Positions 55,678-64,000 of a stretch of DNA of 64,000 bases are shown piece after piece (position 1 is the first letter of the stretch; each line of letters opens with the position of its first letter). Below the pieces are notes generated by a model. It searched no databases. It was given only the letters and a program-made list of their open reading frames with translations, and was not told the DNA's origin. The position numbers and the translations under genes are program-made. Source of the DNA: Clostridia bacterium (lineage in GTDB: Bacteria; Bacillota; Clostridia; Oscillospirales; CAG-272); contig JAFVSI010000009.1 of the NCBI GenBank assembly GCA_017503865.1, forward strand, positions 8,171 through 72,170. Direction: 5' to 3'.

Positions 55678-56850
55678 TTAGAAAGTAATTATAACTTTAT
55701 TTGCCGTGTGATTGACCTTGTAGTTAACAAAATCGTTGTGTGTCTCATAAACTTCAATAGTGCCGCCCTCGCAAGACACAGGGGTAAGACCGTTTTTGAA
55801 GCTTATATAGAATACGTCGGTGTCGCTGTTCTTTTCGTGCTTTTCCGCCTCTACACCGGAGAGGTCGATTATGCACTTGTTGCCATCTATTTCAATGTTT
55901 GAATAGAGAGCATAGAACTGCTGATTCATCGAGAAAGCGGTATCCTTTGCGAGCATAGCTCCGAATACCTCGCTCTGACGGCGGAAGAAATCAACCCAAA
56001 GGGGAAGATTTTTGAGGTTGTTTTCGGGATTGAAGCGAAGGAAGTTTGTCCAGTGCATACCGATAGAGTTACTTGTTATAGGTCTGCCTTCGGTTCCGTA
56101 AGGCTCGAAGTATGTTGGATCAAAGTCGTAAGCATCCCACGGAACCTCTGTTATTTTACGGCTGATTGCGATGTCGCCCTCTTTTTTGAAGTTGCCCTCG
56201 AAAGAAAAGCCGCCGTTCATCCAGTATTTTACGCCACGTTTTTCGAGCTCCTTGACCATTCCCGCAAGTATCTCGTCGTTTGTGTCAGCCATTCCGCAGG
56301 GAGCAACGTATATTTTGAGCTTTTGCGAGAAATGCCACATATCGTAGAGCTTGAAGAAAACGTCAAGGCGGTGATTGAAATCATCTGCGTCATAGACGGG
56401 CATCATCTTGCCGTCAATCATTACGGGGTGCAAATGCTCAACCTCCCAAAGAAGAGCACCGTCCTCGCCGTATCTTCCGTGAAGAGTTCCGTGAATAGCG
56501 TATTCTATATACTCGGCACTCTCAAGCTCCTTAAGACACGCTTCGGTGTATTCGAGGTCGATTTCTGAGGCTCTGTCCCAAGTGTAGGGCTTGTGTGTCA
56601 TACCTACCTCACCACGAAGCACATTGTCCTTGTCCCAGTCGCCAAGGCAGAGAGGGCAAACTATTTTCATGTCAATAGCACGGCCAAGCTCAGCGAGCAT
56701 TCTATAATCAAGCGGGTGGTGGTAGCGGGGAATTCCCGAACGGGATGCCATGCCTTCGGGGCGAAGGTCTTCGCCATTGTGCCAGCCCACGTCATCAAGG
56801 CAGAGGATAAGTGCCTGAGGAATTATGAGGTTGTTCTTTGAGAGTTCCAT
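55678..56850 (-). CDS. Uncharacterized conserved cytoplasmic protein, tandem paralog 3 of 3 (first in the operon)
   Basis: 390 aa, with AAAGGAGAACAAC upstream of the ATG. Shares the same conserved blocks. Confidence 0.8.
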   Translation of the reverse strand: MELSKNNLIIPQALILCLDDVGWHNGEDLRPEGMASRSGIPRYHHPLDYRMLAELGRAIDMKIVCPLCLGDWDKDNVLRGEVGMTHKPYTWDRASEIDLEYTEACLKELESAEYIEYAIHGTLHGRYGEDGALLWEVEHLHPVMIDGKMMPVYDADDFNHRLDVFFKLYDMWHFSQKLKIYVAPCGMADTNDEILAGMVKELEKRGVKYWMNGGFSFEGNFKKEGDIAISRKITEVPWDAYDFDPTYFEPYGTEGRPITSNSIGMHWTNFLRFNPENNLKNLPLWVDFFRRQSEVFGAMLAKDTAFSMNQQFYALYSNIEIDGNKCIIDLSGVEAEKHEKNSDTDVFYISFKNGLTPVSCEGGTIEVYETHNDFVNYKVNHTANKVIITF

Positions 56851-56895
56851 GTTGTTCTCCTTTTTATCGGTTGATTGTATTATCCCACTAAATGA

Positions 56896-56924
56896 ATTCT
56901 ACACTTTATCTACCTAAAAGTCAA
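56896..56924 (-). promoter_or_regulatory. Sigma-A promoter of the three-paralog operon
   Basis: On the minus strand: TTGACT (56924-56919), 17 nt, TAGAAT (56901-56896). Confidence 0.5.
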
Positions 56925-56973
56925 TAGCATTTGGGAAAATCAAGACATATATTATTAAATGTATAAGATATAT

Positions 56974-57018
56974 AAATTACCTAAAGGTAGAAACCTTCGG
57001 TTTGCAAAAATTGAAAAT
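56974..57018 (-). repeat. Intergenic repeat module A copy 5 (reverse orientation), between divergent promoters
   Basis: The plus strand reads AAATTACCTAAAGGTAGAAACCTTCGGTTTGCAAAAATTGAAAAT. Confidence 0.75.
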
Positions 57019-57059
57019 AACAGTTAATAAAACTTTTATTTTTAATCTTCCAAACCCTA

Positions 57060-57088
57060 TTGATTTTGAGGTAGAAAAGGGGTATAAT
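57060..57088 (+). promoter_or_regulatory. Sigma-A promoter of the NUDIX-GDPD-DUF1015 genes
   Basis: TTGATT (57060-57065), 17 nt, TATAAT (57083-57088). Confidence 0.5.
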
Positions 57089-57117
57089 TATATATATATT
57101 TTCTCTTGGAGATTTTT

Positions 57118-57690
57118 ATGGAAAAAGAGCTTTTTGAAAAACAGGTATCATCTGAATTTATATTTGACGGCAAGGTCATTCACCTTTACTGTGACACAGT
57201 GGAATTGCCCGACGGAAATACCTCTACACGCGAGTACATAAAGCACGTGGGGGCGGTATGCGTTGTTCCCGTTACCGATGAGGGTGAGATAGTCTTAGTA
57301 AGACAGTACCGTTATGCCGTAGGCAGAGATATGCTCGAGATACCCGCAGGAAAGCTTGATTATGTGGGAGAAGATCCCGTGTCAGCCGCACTTCGTGAGC
57401 TTCGCGAGGAAACGGGGGCTGTGTGTAAAAATCTTCGCTTTATAGGAAAATATCTCGGCTCACCCGCACTTCTTGACGAGAATATCTGGATGTATCTTGC
57501 TGAGGGCCTTGAGTTTGGCGAACGTGATCTTGATGACGACGAATTTCTCAACGTTGAAAAGCTCCCCGTGGACGAGCTTGTCGAGAAAATTCTTTCGGGT
57601 GAGATCGAGGACGGAAAAACTCAGGCGGCGGTGCTGAAGACGGCACTTCTTATAAACAGAGAAAAAGACGGAAAGAACAAAAACTCTTAA
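57118..57690 (+). CDS. NUDIX hydrolase (ADP-ribose pyrophosphatase-like)
   Basis: The Nudix box is GKLDYVGEDPVSAALRELREETG. GGAG lies 6 nt upstream of ATG 57118. Confidence 0.85.
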   Translation: MEKELFEKQVSSEFIFDGKVIHLYCDTVELPDGNTSTREYIKHVGAVCVVPVTDEGEIVLVRQYRYAVGRDMLEIPAGKLDYVGEDPVSAALRELREETGAVCKNLRFIGKYLGSPALLDENIWMYLAEGLEFGERDLDDDEFLNVEKLPVDELVEKILSGEIEDGKTQAAVLKTALLINREKDGKNKNS

Positions 57691-57711
57691 ATTTTTTGGA
57701 TGTAGATAGCT

Positions 57712-58524
57712 ATGTTAGTTGCTTTGGTAATTATGCTGCTGATAATTATAGCGGCAGTAATTTATATTTCACTAATAATGCCTCGAGCGATAGACGGTGC
57801 TGATATGGATCTGCTTTGTTGCGATTATGCCCACAGAGGACTTTGGAACGAAAAGGTTCCCGAGAACTCACTCGCTGCATTTGAGCTTGCGGTAAGGGCA
57901 GGGTACGGAATCGAGCTTGATATTCAGCTCACGAGAGACGGAAGGATAGTCGTTTTTCACGATGTGACTCTGAGACGTATGTGCGGAGTTGACAGACGCC
58001 TTTGCGACCTCACCCTTGCCGAGCTTAAAACCCTTCGTCTGCTTGGTACTAATCAGCAGATACCTACGCTTATCGAGGCGCTTCAGCTCGTTGACGGCAG
58101 AGTTCCGCTTCTTATAGAGCTTAAGGGAGACGATATTGACACCACCCTATGCTCACGCGTGGCAAAAATACTCGACAATTACGGCGGAGCCTTTTGCGTT
58201 GAGTCCTTCAATCCTATGATGCTCTCGTGGTTTAAAAATTACCGCCCGAGATATGCAAGAGGTCAGCTCGTTACCGACTTTATTAAAGAGAAGAGAAGAG
58301 GAAATAAGCTGCTTTCCTTCCTTCTTTCCCATATGCTTCTCAACTTCCTGTCGAGGCCCGATTTTATTGCCATACACAAAAAATATCAGTCTAAATTTTC
58401 GTTCAAGATGTGTACAGGTCTCTTCAGAGCCAAGGCGTTTGTTTGGACGGTGAGACACCCAAAGGAGTATATGGACGCCCACAGGAGCGGAAAATATACT
58501 ATCTTTGAAAAAATTAACCCCTGA
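57712..58524 (+). CDS. Glycerophosphodiester phosphodiesterase family protein (membrane-anchored)
   Basis: N-terminal TM helix. HRGLWNEKVPENSLAAFELAV..GYGIELDIQLTRDGRIVVFHD is present. Confidence 0.8.
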   Translation: MLVALVIMLLIIIAAVIYISLIMPRAIDGADMDLLCCDYAHRGLWNEKVPENSLAAFELAVRAGYGIELDIQLTRDGRIVVFHDVTLRRMCGVDRRLCDLTLAELKTLRLLGTNQQIPTLIEALQLVDGRVPLLIELKGDDIDTTLCSRVAKILDNYGGAFCVESFNPMMLSWFKNYRPRYARGQLVTDFIKEKRRGNKLLSFLLSHMLLNFLSRPDFIAIHKKYQSKFSFKMCTGLFRAKAFVWTVRHPKEYMDAHRSGKYTIFEKINP

Positions 58525-58538
58525 AAACGGAGACAAAT

Positions 58539-59819
58539 ATGGAAAAATGCTTTTCTGCGGCAGATATACTTTTGCCCGATTTTAATAAGGTTGACACAAA
58601 AAAATGGGCGGTCGTTGCTTGTGACCAGTTCACAAGTGAGCCCGAATACTGGGAAAAGGCGGCAGTCGAGGTTGGCTCAGCCCCATCAACCCTCAATATG
58701 ATTCTCCCCGAGGTGTATCTTGGCGAGACCGAAAAAAGAGTTCCCGCCATCAACGAGACGATGCACGTATATATCCGCGACGTTCTTGTTTCTCACGGGG
58801 ACAGTATGATATACGTAGAGAGAACGCAGTCCGACGGAAGTGTCCGTCACGGAATTATCCTTGCAGTTGACCTTGAAAAATATGAATACACAAAGGGAGC
58901 GTCCTCGCTCATTCGTGCTACCGAGGCAACCGTTATTGAGAGAATTCCCCCGAGAGTAGCAATACGTAGAGGGGCTGAGACTGAGCTTCCTCACGTTATG
59001 CTCCTTGTTGACGACCCCGAAAAGACGGTTATCGAGCCCCTTGCAGTTTCAAATGATATGACACCCGAGTACGATTTCGAGCTTATGCTTGGTGGCGGTC
59101 ACATAAAGGGAAGCTTTATCGGAAAGAGTGAGCAAAAGAGAATTGAAGACGCACTTCTTTCCCTTGTAACCGATGAAAAAATGGCACAGCGTTACGGCAA
59201 AGAGGGAATTGCTCCCTTGCTTTTTGCGGTAGGAGACGGAAATCACTCACTCGCTTCTGCCAAGGCAGCTTACGAGGAAGTGAAGTCAAAGCTTGGAGCA
59301 GATGTGGCGGCCGTTCACCCCTCAAGATACGCACTTTGCGAGGTAGTCAATATTCACGACGACGCACTCAAATTTGAGCCCATTTACCGCGTAGTGTTTG
59401 GAGTTGAGCAGGAGTCCTTCCTCGCAGAGCTTCGGGAATATGCTAAAAAGCTTTCGGGAGAGGCTGAGGCACAGACAGTCGAGTATCTTTACGGAGACGG
59501 CAGCTGCGGTAAGATAGTTTTCGAGCATCCCGTACAGCAGCTTACAGTCGGTACTCTCCAGACCTTTATCGATGCTTACATAAAGGAGCATAAGGGAGTA
59601 GAGGTCGATTATATTCACGGAGAGGGCTCGGTTGCTTCTCTTTCTAAGAAGGACGGAGCAATAGGCTTTATCTTCTCGGGCATGGAAAAATCCCAGCTCT
59701 TCAAGACCGTCATTTTTGACGGAGCACTTCCTCGCAAGACTTTTTCGATGGGGCATGCCGAGGATAAGAGATATTATCTCGAGTGCCGCAAAATTGACCT
59801 TGATAAAGTAAACGGATAA
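58539..59819 (+). CDS. DUF1015-family protein
   Basis: The length (~426 aa) and the N-terminal pattern ...LLPDF...W.VVACDQFTSEP are typical of DUF1015, as far as I recall. Confidence 0.65.
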   Translation: MEKCFSAADILLPDFNKVDTKKWAVVACDQFTSEPEYWEKAAVEVGSAPSTLNMILPEVYLGETEKRVPAINETMHVYIRDVLVSHGDSMIYVERTQSDGSVRHGIILAVDLEKYEYTKGASSLIRATEATVIERIPPRVAIRRGAETELPHVMLLVDDPEKTVIEPLAVSNDMTPEYDFELMLGGGHIKGSFIGKSEQKRIEDALLSLVTDEKMAQRYGKEGIAPLLFAVGDGNHSLASAKAAYEEVKSKLGADVAAVHPSRYALCEVVNIHDDALKFEPIYRVVFGVEQESFLAELREYAKKLSGEAEAQTVEYLYGDGSCGKIVFEHPVQQLTVGTLQTFIDAYIKEHKGVEVDYIHGEGSVASLSKKDGAIGFIFSGMEKSQLFKTVIFDGALPRKTFSMGHAEDKRYYLECRKIDLDKVNG

Positions 59820-59841
59820 ATAAAAGCGTGATGTATTTACA

Positions 59842-60492
59842 TCACGCTTTATTTTTATATTTACAAATATCTTTAAGAGGGCACTCGCCGCACTTTGGAG
59901 AACGGGCAGAGCAGGTGTCACGTCCAAACTGAACTATGCGGTGGCAAAAGTCGGACTGCTCTTCGGGCTCAATAAGCTCTTTCATTATCATCTCGACTTT
60001 TGTGGGGTCCTTCATATCGGTAGAGTACATTCCGAACCGTCCGCAAATTCGGATACAGTGCGTATCTGCAACAAGTGCAGGTTTGCCGTATACGTCGCCT
60101 AAAATGAGGTTTGCTATCTTTCTGCCAACTCCGGGAAGCGAGAGCAGGTCGTTCATATTGTCGGGCACAACTCCGCCAAAATCGTCACGGAGCATAATGC
60201 AGGCTCTCTTTATGCTGTCGGCTTTCGTTCTGAATAGACCGCAGGGGCGTACAATGTCTTCAAGCTCGCCTATGTCGGCGTCCGCCATAGCTTCGAGCGT
60301 TGGATATTTTTGAAATAGGTCGCGGCAGACTATATTGACGCGTGCATCGGTACACTGTGCCGAAAGACGTGCCATAACGAGAAGACGCCACGCAACTCCG
60401 CCTGCCTCGAGAGCACAAACAGCCTCGGGATAAACTCCCTTTAGTCGCTCGACAATTTCCGCCATTAAAAGCTTTTTCTCTTTTTTAGTCAT
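59842..60492 (-). CDS. nth: Endonuclease III
   Basis: HhH-GPD motif LLSLPGVGRKIANLILG and 4Fe-4S cluster C..CSARSPKCGECPLKDIC. ATG 60492 overlaps the proB stop by 8 nt. Confidence 0.88.
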   Translation of the reverse strand: MTKKEKKLLMAEIVERLKGVYPEAVCALEAGGVAWRLLVMARLSAQCTDARVNIVCRDLFQKYPTLEAMADADIGELEDIVRPCGLFRTKADSIKRACIMLRDDFGGVVPDNMNDLLSLPGVGRKIANLILGDVYGKPALVADTHCIRICGRFGMYSTDMKDPTKVEMIMKELIEPEEQSDFCHRIVQFGRDTCSARSPKCGECPLKDICKYKNKA

Positions 60493-61294
60493 TTTCTGCG
60501 TCTTTCTTCTTTGCCGAGAAGTACGTTCCCACGTGACCACCGTCAAGGAGCGTGTAAAGTATCTCGGGGTCATGTCCGTTGAGTATGAACATCGGGATTC
60601 CCTCAGAGGTACAAAGCTCTGCCGCCTTCAGCTTTGCGACCATTCCGCCCGTACCTCTGTCAGTTCCCGCACCGCCCGCTATCGAATAGATTGCGTCGTC
60701 AATAACGTCAACGCGGTCGATAAGACGTGCGTCGGGATTTTTACGGGGATCGGAGTCGTAAAGTCCGTCAATGTCGGAGAGGTTGAGCAAGAGGTCTGCG
60801 TGGCAAACCTCGGCAACGTAAGCCGAAAGAATATCGTTTCCGCCAAACTTTGTAAGCTCATCGGTTGAAATAGAGTCGTTCTCGTTTACAATCGGTATGC
60901 AGTTCATTTCAAGCAGACGGTTAAAAGTATTTTCCGCAGCCGCACGGCGAATGGGATTTGTGAGGACGTCCTTGGTCATAAGTATCTGAGCTACCGTGTG
61001 TCCGTATGTAGAGAAGAATTTGTCATAAATCTTCATCAGCTCACTTTGTCCTATTGCCGCCATAGCCTGCTTTTCCTCGGGGGTTCTCGGAATAGTTCCA
61101 AAGCCGACCTTTGCAACTCCTGCACTTACCGCACCCGATGAGACTATAACTACCTGCTTTCCCGAATTTTTAATGTCCGAAAGCACCTTGACAAGTCCCT
61201 CAATTCTGCGGAGATTGAGGTGTCCCGTTGAATGAGTGAGGGTTGAGGTGCCGAATTTTACTACTATTCGGTGGCTATCTCTAAAAAATTTCAT
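60485..61294 (-). CDS. proB: Glutamate 5-kinase (short form without a PUA domain)
   Basis: VVKFGTSTLT...VIVSSGAVSAG...GGNDILSA are present. The protein is 269 aa. Confidence 0.88.
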   Translation of the reverse strand: MKFFRDSHRIVVKFGTSTLTHSTGHLNLRRIEGLVKVLSDIKNSGKQVVIVSSGAVSAGVAKVGFGTIPRTPEEKQAMAAIGQSELMKIYDKFFSTYGHTVAQILMTKDVLTNPIRRAAAENTFNRLLEMNCIPIVNENDSISTDELTKFGGNDILSAYVAEVCHADLLLNLSDIDGLYDSDPRKNPDARLIDRVDVIDDAIYSIAGGAGTDRGTGGMVAKLKAAELCTSEGIPMFILNGHDPEILYTLLDGGHVGTYFSAKKKDAEND

Positions 61295-61434
61295 AAAAAA
61301 GCCTTCCTTCTAAAAAAATATTCTTAAATCTCTTCCCAAAATAAGAATTTTGTATTATAATTATATAAGTAGATACATTATACAACTTTTTTAAAAATTT
61401 TTCAAGTATAAAATAAAAATCGGAGGATTTGGTT

Positions 61435-61740
61435 ATGAAGCAGAGATACACTATCACTATTGCGGATATTGAGATGAACGTTGTAAGTGATGAGTCTCCC
61501 GAGGCAGTTGAGGCACTTGTCGGTATCGTTGACAGAAAGATGAGAGAGATTGCCCTTATGAGCAAGCGTTGCTCAAAGAGCGAGGCGGCTCTCCTTTGTG
61601 CACTCGATTATTGCTCGGATAAGATCAAGGCACAAAGAAAGATCAAGGCTCTTGAGACAAAGCTCGCCTATACCGAAACCGCACTTGAGGACCTTCAGGC
61701 TGAAAACGAGGAGCTTCGTGCCTCTCTTGCAGACAAATAA
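61435..61740 (+). CDS. zapA: Cell division protein ZapA
   Basis: YTITIADIEMNVVSDESPEAVEALVGIVDRKMREI is followed by a C-terminal coiled coil. Confidence 0.8.
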   Translation: MKQRYTITIADIEMNVVSDESPEAVEALVGIVDRKMREIALMSKRCSKSEAALLCALDYCSDKIKAQRKIKALETKLAYTETALEDLQAENEELRASLADK

Positions 61741-61753
61741 TTTACGGTAGATA

Positions 61754-63760
61754 ATGAATTCAAAACCTGAACTTTTAGCACCGGCGGGCTCGCCCGCCGC
61801 CTTTGATGCTGCAATTGATGCGGGGGCGGACGCGATATATCTCGGTCTGCCTGCCTTCAATGCAAGAATAAATGCAAATAATTTTACCCCCGCAGACATC
61901 GGTGCAGCTTTTTCTCGTGCACACGCCTACGGGGTTAAAATTTATGTTACTCTGAATACTATGGTCTTTGACCGCGAAAGAGATGATTTCCTTCGCACTG
62001 CAGAGAGTGCGTATCTTGCGGGAGCGGACGGCTTTATCGTTGCCGATCTCGGTGCGGCTGCTCTTATAAGAAAGAGTATGCCCGACATAGAGCTTCACGC
62101 AAGCACGCAGCTCTCGGGGCATAACGTCTCTGCGGCGGAAAAGCTCAAGGAGCTTGGCTTTACGCGAATGGTATGTGCGAGAGAAATGAGCGAGGGCGAC
62201 CTTCGCACCTTCCTCAAAAACTCACCTATTGAGGCTGAGGTATTCGTTCACGGGGCACTTTGCGTTTGTCATTCGGGACAGTGTCTTTTTTCGTCCCTCG
62301 TTGGCGGAAGAAGCGGAAACAGAGGCGAGTGTGCCCAGCCCTGCAGACTTCCTTATAATGGCAAAAACAGCTATCCGCTCTCTCTAAAGGACCTAAGCCT
62401 TGCCGCACACGCGGACAAGCTCTCGGATATGGGAATTGCGTCCTTTAAAATTGAGGGAAGAATGAAATCCCCCGAGTACGTTCGTGACGTTACACGCATT
62501 TGGCGTAGACTTATAGACGAAAATCGCGGTGCTACGCCCGACGAAATGCGGGAGCTTAGCGAGATATTTTCAAGAGGTGGACTTACCGACTCTTATTTCA
62601 AGAAAAGCATATCGACCTCAATGCTCGGTACGAGGAGCGAGGGCGACAAGCAAAAGAGCCGTGAGCTTCAGCCGTTTGTGGGTATTGATCGTAAGAAACC
62701 GATTGACCTTTTAGTAAAAATAAAGGCGGGCGAGCCGTCATCTATTACCGTTACGAATTATCATAAAACGGTCTACGGAGATATTCCCGAGGCGGCACGT
62801 ACAGCACCTCTCGACCGTGCGGCAGTAGAGAAGAACGTTTTAAAGCTCGGTGGCACTCCTTACTTTGCAAGAAAGCTTGACGTTGAGCTTGACGAGGGCC
62901 TTATTTTGCCCGTTTCAGCGATAAACAGACTCCGACGGGAAGCAATTGCCTCACTCACAGCGACAGGGCGTGAGGAGCAAAGTATTCTTGATGCGGATAT
63001 AAAAAAATTCCCCTATGAGCCCATTTTTTCACGTACGGCGGTCTTTTACGAGCCAAAGAATATTACGGATAAGGCACGAGAGTATTTTGACGTGATATAT
63101 ACGCCACTCCATCTTTTTGAAGGGCAGTCAAACGGTGTGCTTATGCCTGCCGTAATTTTTGACAGCGAGAGAGCAGAGGTGCTTGAAATGCTGAAAAAAG
63201 TCGCAAAAAATGGGGCTGAGCACGCACTTGTCGGCAATATAGGACACCTGTCTCTTGCCCGCGAGGCGGGACTCGAGGTACACGCCGACCATAGATTCAA
63301 TATTGCAAATTCCTCTGCGGCAAAAGAGCTTGCAGAGCTTTCGGTTAGCGATATGATAGTATCGGCAGAGCTTACACTGCCGCAGATAAGAGATATCGGA
63401 GGCAAGAGACTTGCAACGGTTTACGGTAAGCTTCCGCTTATGACACTTGAAAAGTGCGTCATAAAGGAAATTTCCGACTGTAAGCATTGTGAGAGAGATG
63501 GCTTTGCCTATCTCGTTGACAGAAAGGGCGTGCGGTTTGCCGTAAGACGTGAATATAAGCATAGGAATCTTATATTCAACAGTGTTCCCGTCTATATGGC
63601 GGACAGAGAGGATCTGCTTGCCAAATACAAGGTTGACGGTTGGCACTTTATCTTTAGTGACGAGAGTGCAAAAGAGGTTGACGAGCTTATTGACGCATAT
63701 ATCTCGCACCGTACTCCAAAAACTAATTTTGTTAGAAGGATAAATATTAAAAATGACTGA
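61754..63760 (+). CDS. Peptidase U32 family protein
   Basis: PELLAPAGS...GADAIYLG...E.F.HGALC...SGQC...RSGNRGECAQPCR is the U32 signature region. Confidence 0.88.
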   Translation: MNSKPELLAPAGSPAAFDAAIDAGADAIYLGLPAFNARINANNFTPADIGAAFSRAHAYGVKIYVTLNTMVFDRERDDFLRTAESAYLAGADGFIVADLGAAALIRKSMPDIELHASTQLSGHNVSAAEKLKELGFTRMVCAREMSEGDLRTFLKNSPIEAEVFVHGALCVCHSGQCLFSSLVGGRSGNRGECAQPCRLPYNGKNSYPLSLKDLSLAAHADKLSDMGIASFKIEGRMKSPEYVRDVTRIWRRLIDENRGATPDEMRELSEIFSRGGLTDSYFKKSISTSMLGTRSEGDKQKSRELQPFVGIDRKKPIDLLVKIKAGEPSSITVTNYHKTVYGDIPEAARTAPLDRAAVEKNVLKLGGTPYFARKLDVELDEGLILPVSAINRLRREAIASLTATGREEQSILDADIKKFPYEPIFSRTAVFYEPKNITDKAREYFDVIYTPLHLFEGQSNGVLMPAVIFDSERAEVLEMLKKVAKNGAEHALVGNIGHLSLAREAGLEVHADHRFNIANSSAAKELAELSVSDMIVSAELTLPQIRDIGGKRLATVYGKLPLMTLEKCVIKEISDCKHCERDGFAYLVDRKGVRFAVRREYKHRNLIFNSVPVYMADREDLLAKYKVDGWHFIFSDESAKEVDELIDAYISHRTPKTNFVRRINIKND

Positions 63761-64000
63761 TAACCGATTCGAAAGGGAAGAGATGCTTATAGGCAAAGAG
63801 GCACTTGCAAGACTTGAGGGTGCCCGCGTTTGCCTTTTCGGTGTGGGAGGTGTCGGTAGCTATGCTGCAGAAGCACTTGCCCGTGCAGGTGTCGGTGCTA
63901 TCGACATTATTGATAACGATACAGTGAGCATCACCAATATAAACCGTCAGCTTTGTGCCCTGACGAGTACTGTGGGGCAGAACAAGATTGACGTGGTTGA
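63753..64000 (+). CDS. tcdA: ThiF/MoeB-fold tRNA threonylcarbamoyladenosine dehydratase (5' part, truncated by the window edge)
   Basis: RFEREEMLIGKEALARLEGARVCLFGVGGVGSYAAEALARAGVG.IDIID.D.V..TNINRQ. There is an ATGACTGA overlap with the U32 stop. Confidence 0.75.
   Translation, partial: MTDNRFEREEMLIGKEALARLEGARVCLFGVGGVGSYAAEALARAGVGAIDIIDNDTVSITNINRQLCALTSTVGQNKIDVV

Noticed and set aside
13630-57018. Possibility that the recurring 43-nt repeats form a CRISPR array.
   Set aside because: The copies are 4-25 kb apart, occur in both orientations, are not regularly spaced, and no cas genes are present.

Overview
The window looks like a chromosomal segment from a spore-forming Clostridia (Firmicutes) genome, roughly 45% GC by eye. 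Its core (30.5-46.7 kb) is a complete, collinear S10-spc-alpha ribosomal protein supercluster: rpsJ through rplQ, including secY, adk, map, infA, rpmJ and rpoA. Housekeeping genes flank it: rnj, lepA, hemW, rny, feoAB, rnhA, nth, proB, zapA, a U32 peptidase and tcdA. Sporulation and competence genes are also present: pro-sigma-K, dpaA/dpaB, abrB and comEC. I saw no rRNA, tRNA, CRISPR array, transposase or integrase.

Items worth a second look:
1. Three tandem paralogous cytoplasmic ORFs of about 390 aa (53.3-56.9 kb) that I cannot assign to any named family. They have their own promoter and terminator.
2. A composite intergenic repeat family present at six or more loci. It has two hairpins that co-vary between copies, and one copy carries a 139-bp element bounded by 26-bp inverted repeats.
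3. An orphan switch-like module with no surrounding phage genes: a CI-like XRE/S24 repressor facing a Zn-ribbon gene and a sigma-region-4-like gene. The two are driven by perfect consensus promoters arranged face-to-face so that they should be mutually exclusive.
4. A roughly 200-nt candidate structured RNA with 6S-like architecture, followed by a terminator.
5. A dual-HTH LuxR-type regulator with paired palindromic operators, upstream of a small Cys-rich gene translationally coupled to a 1,778-aa surface protein.
6. An unusually long structured spacer inside the spc operon upstream of rpsH, and an apparent CTG start for infA.

Every functional call rests on motif recognition in the supplied translations and on reading the DNA by eye. 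No database search was run.
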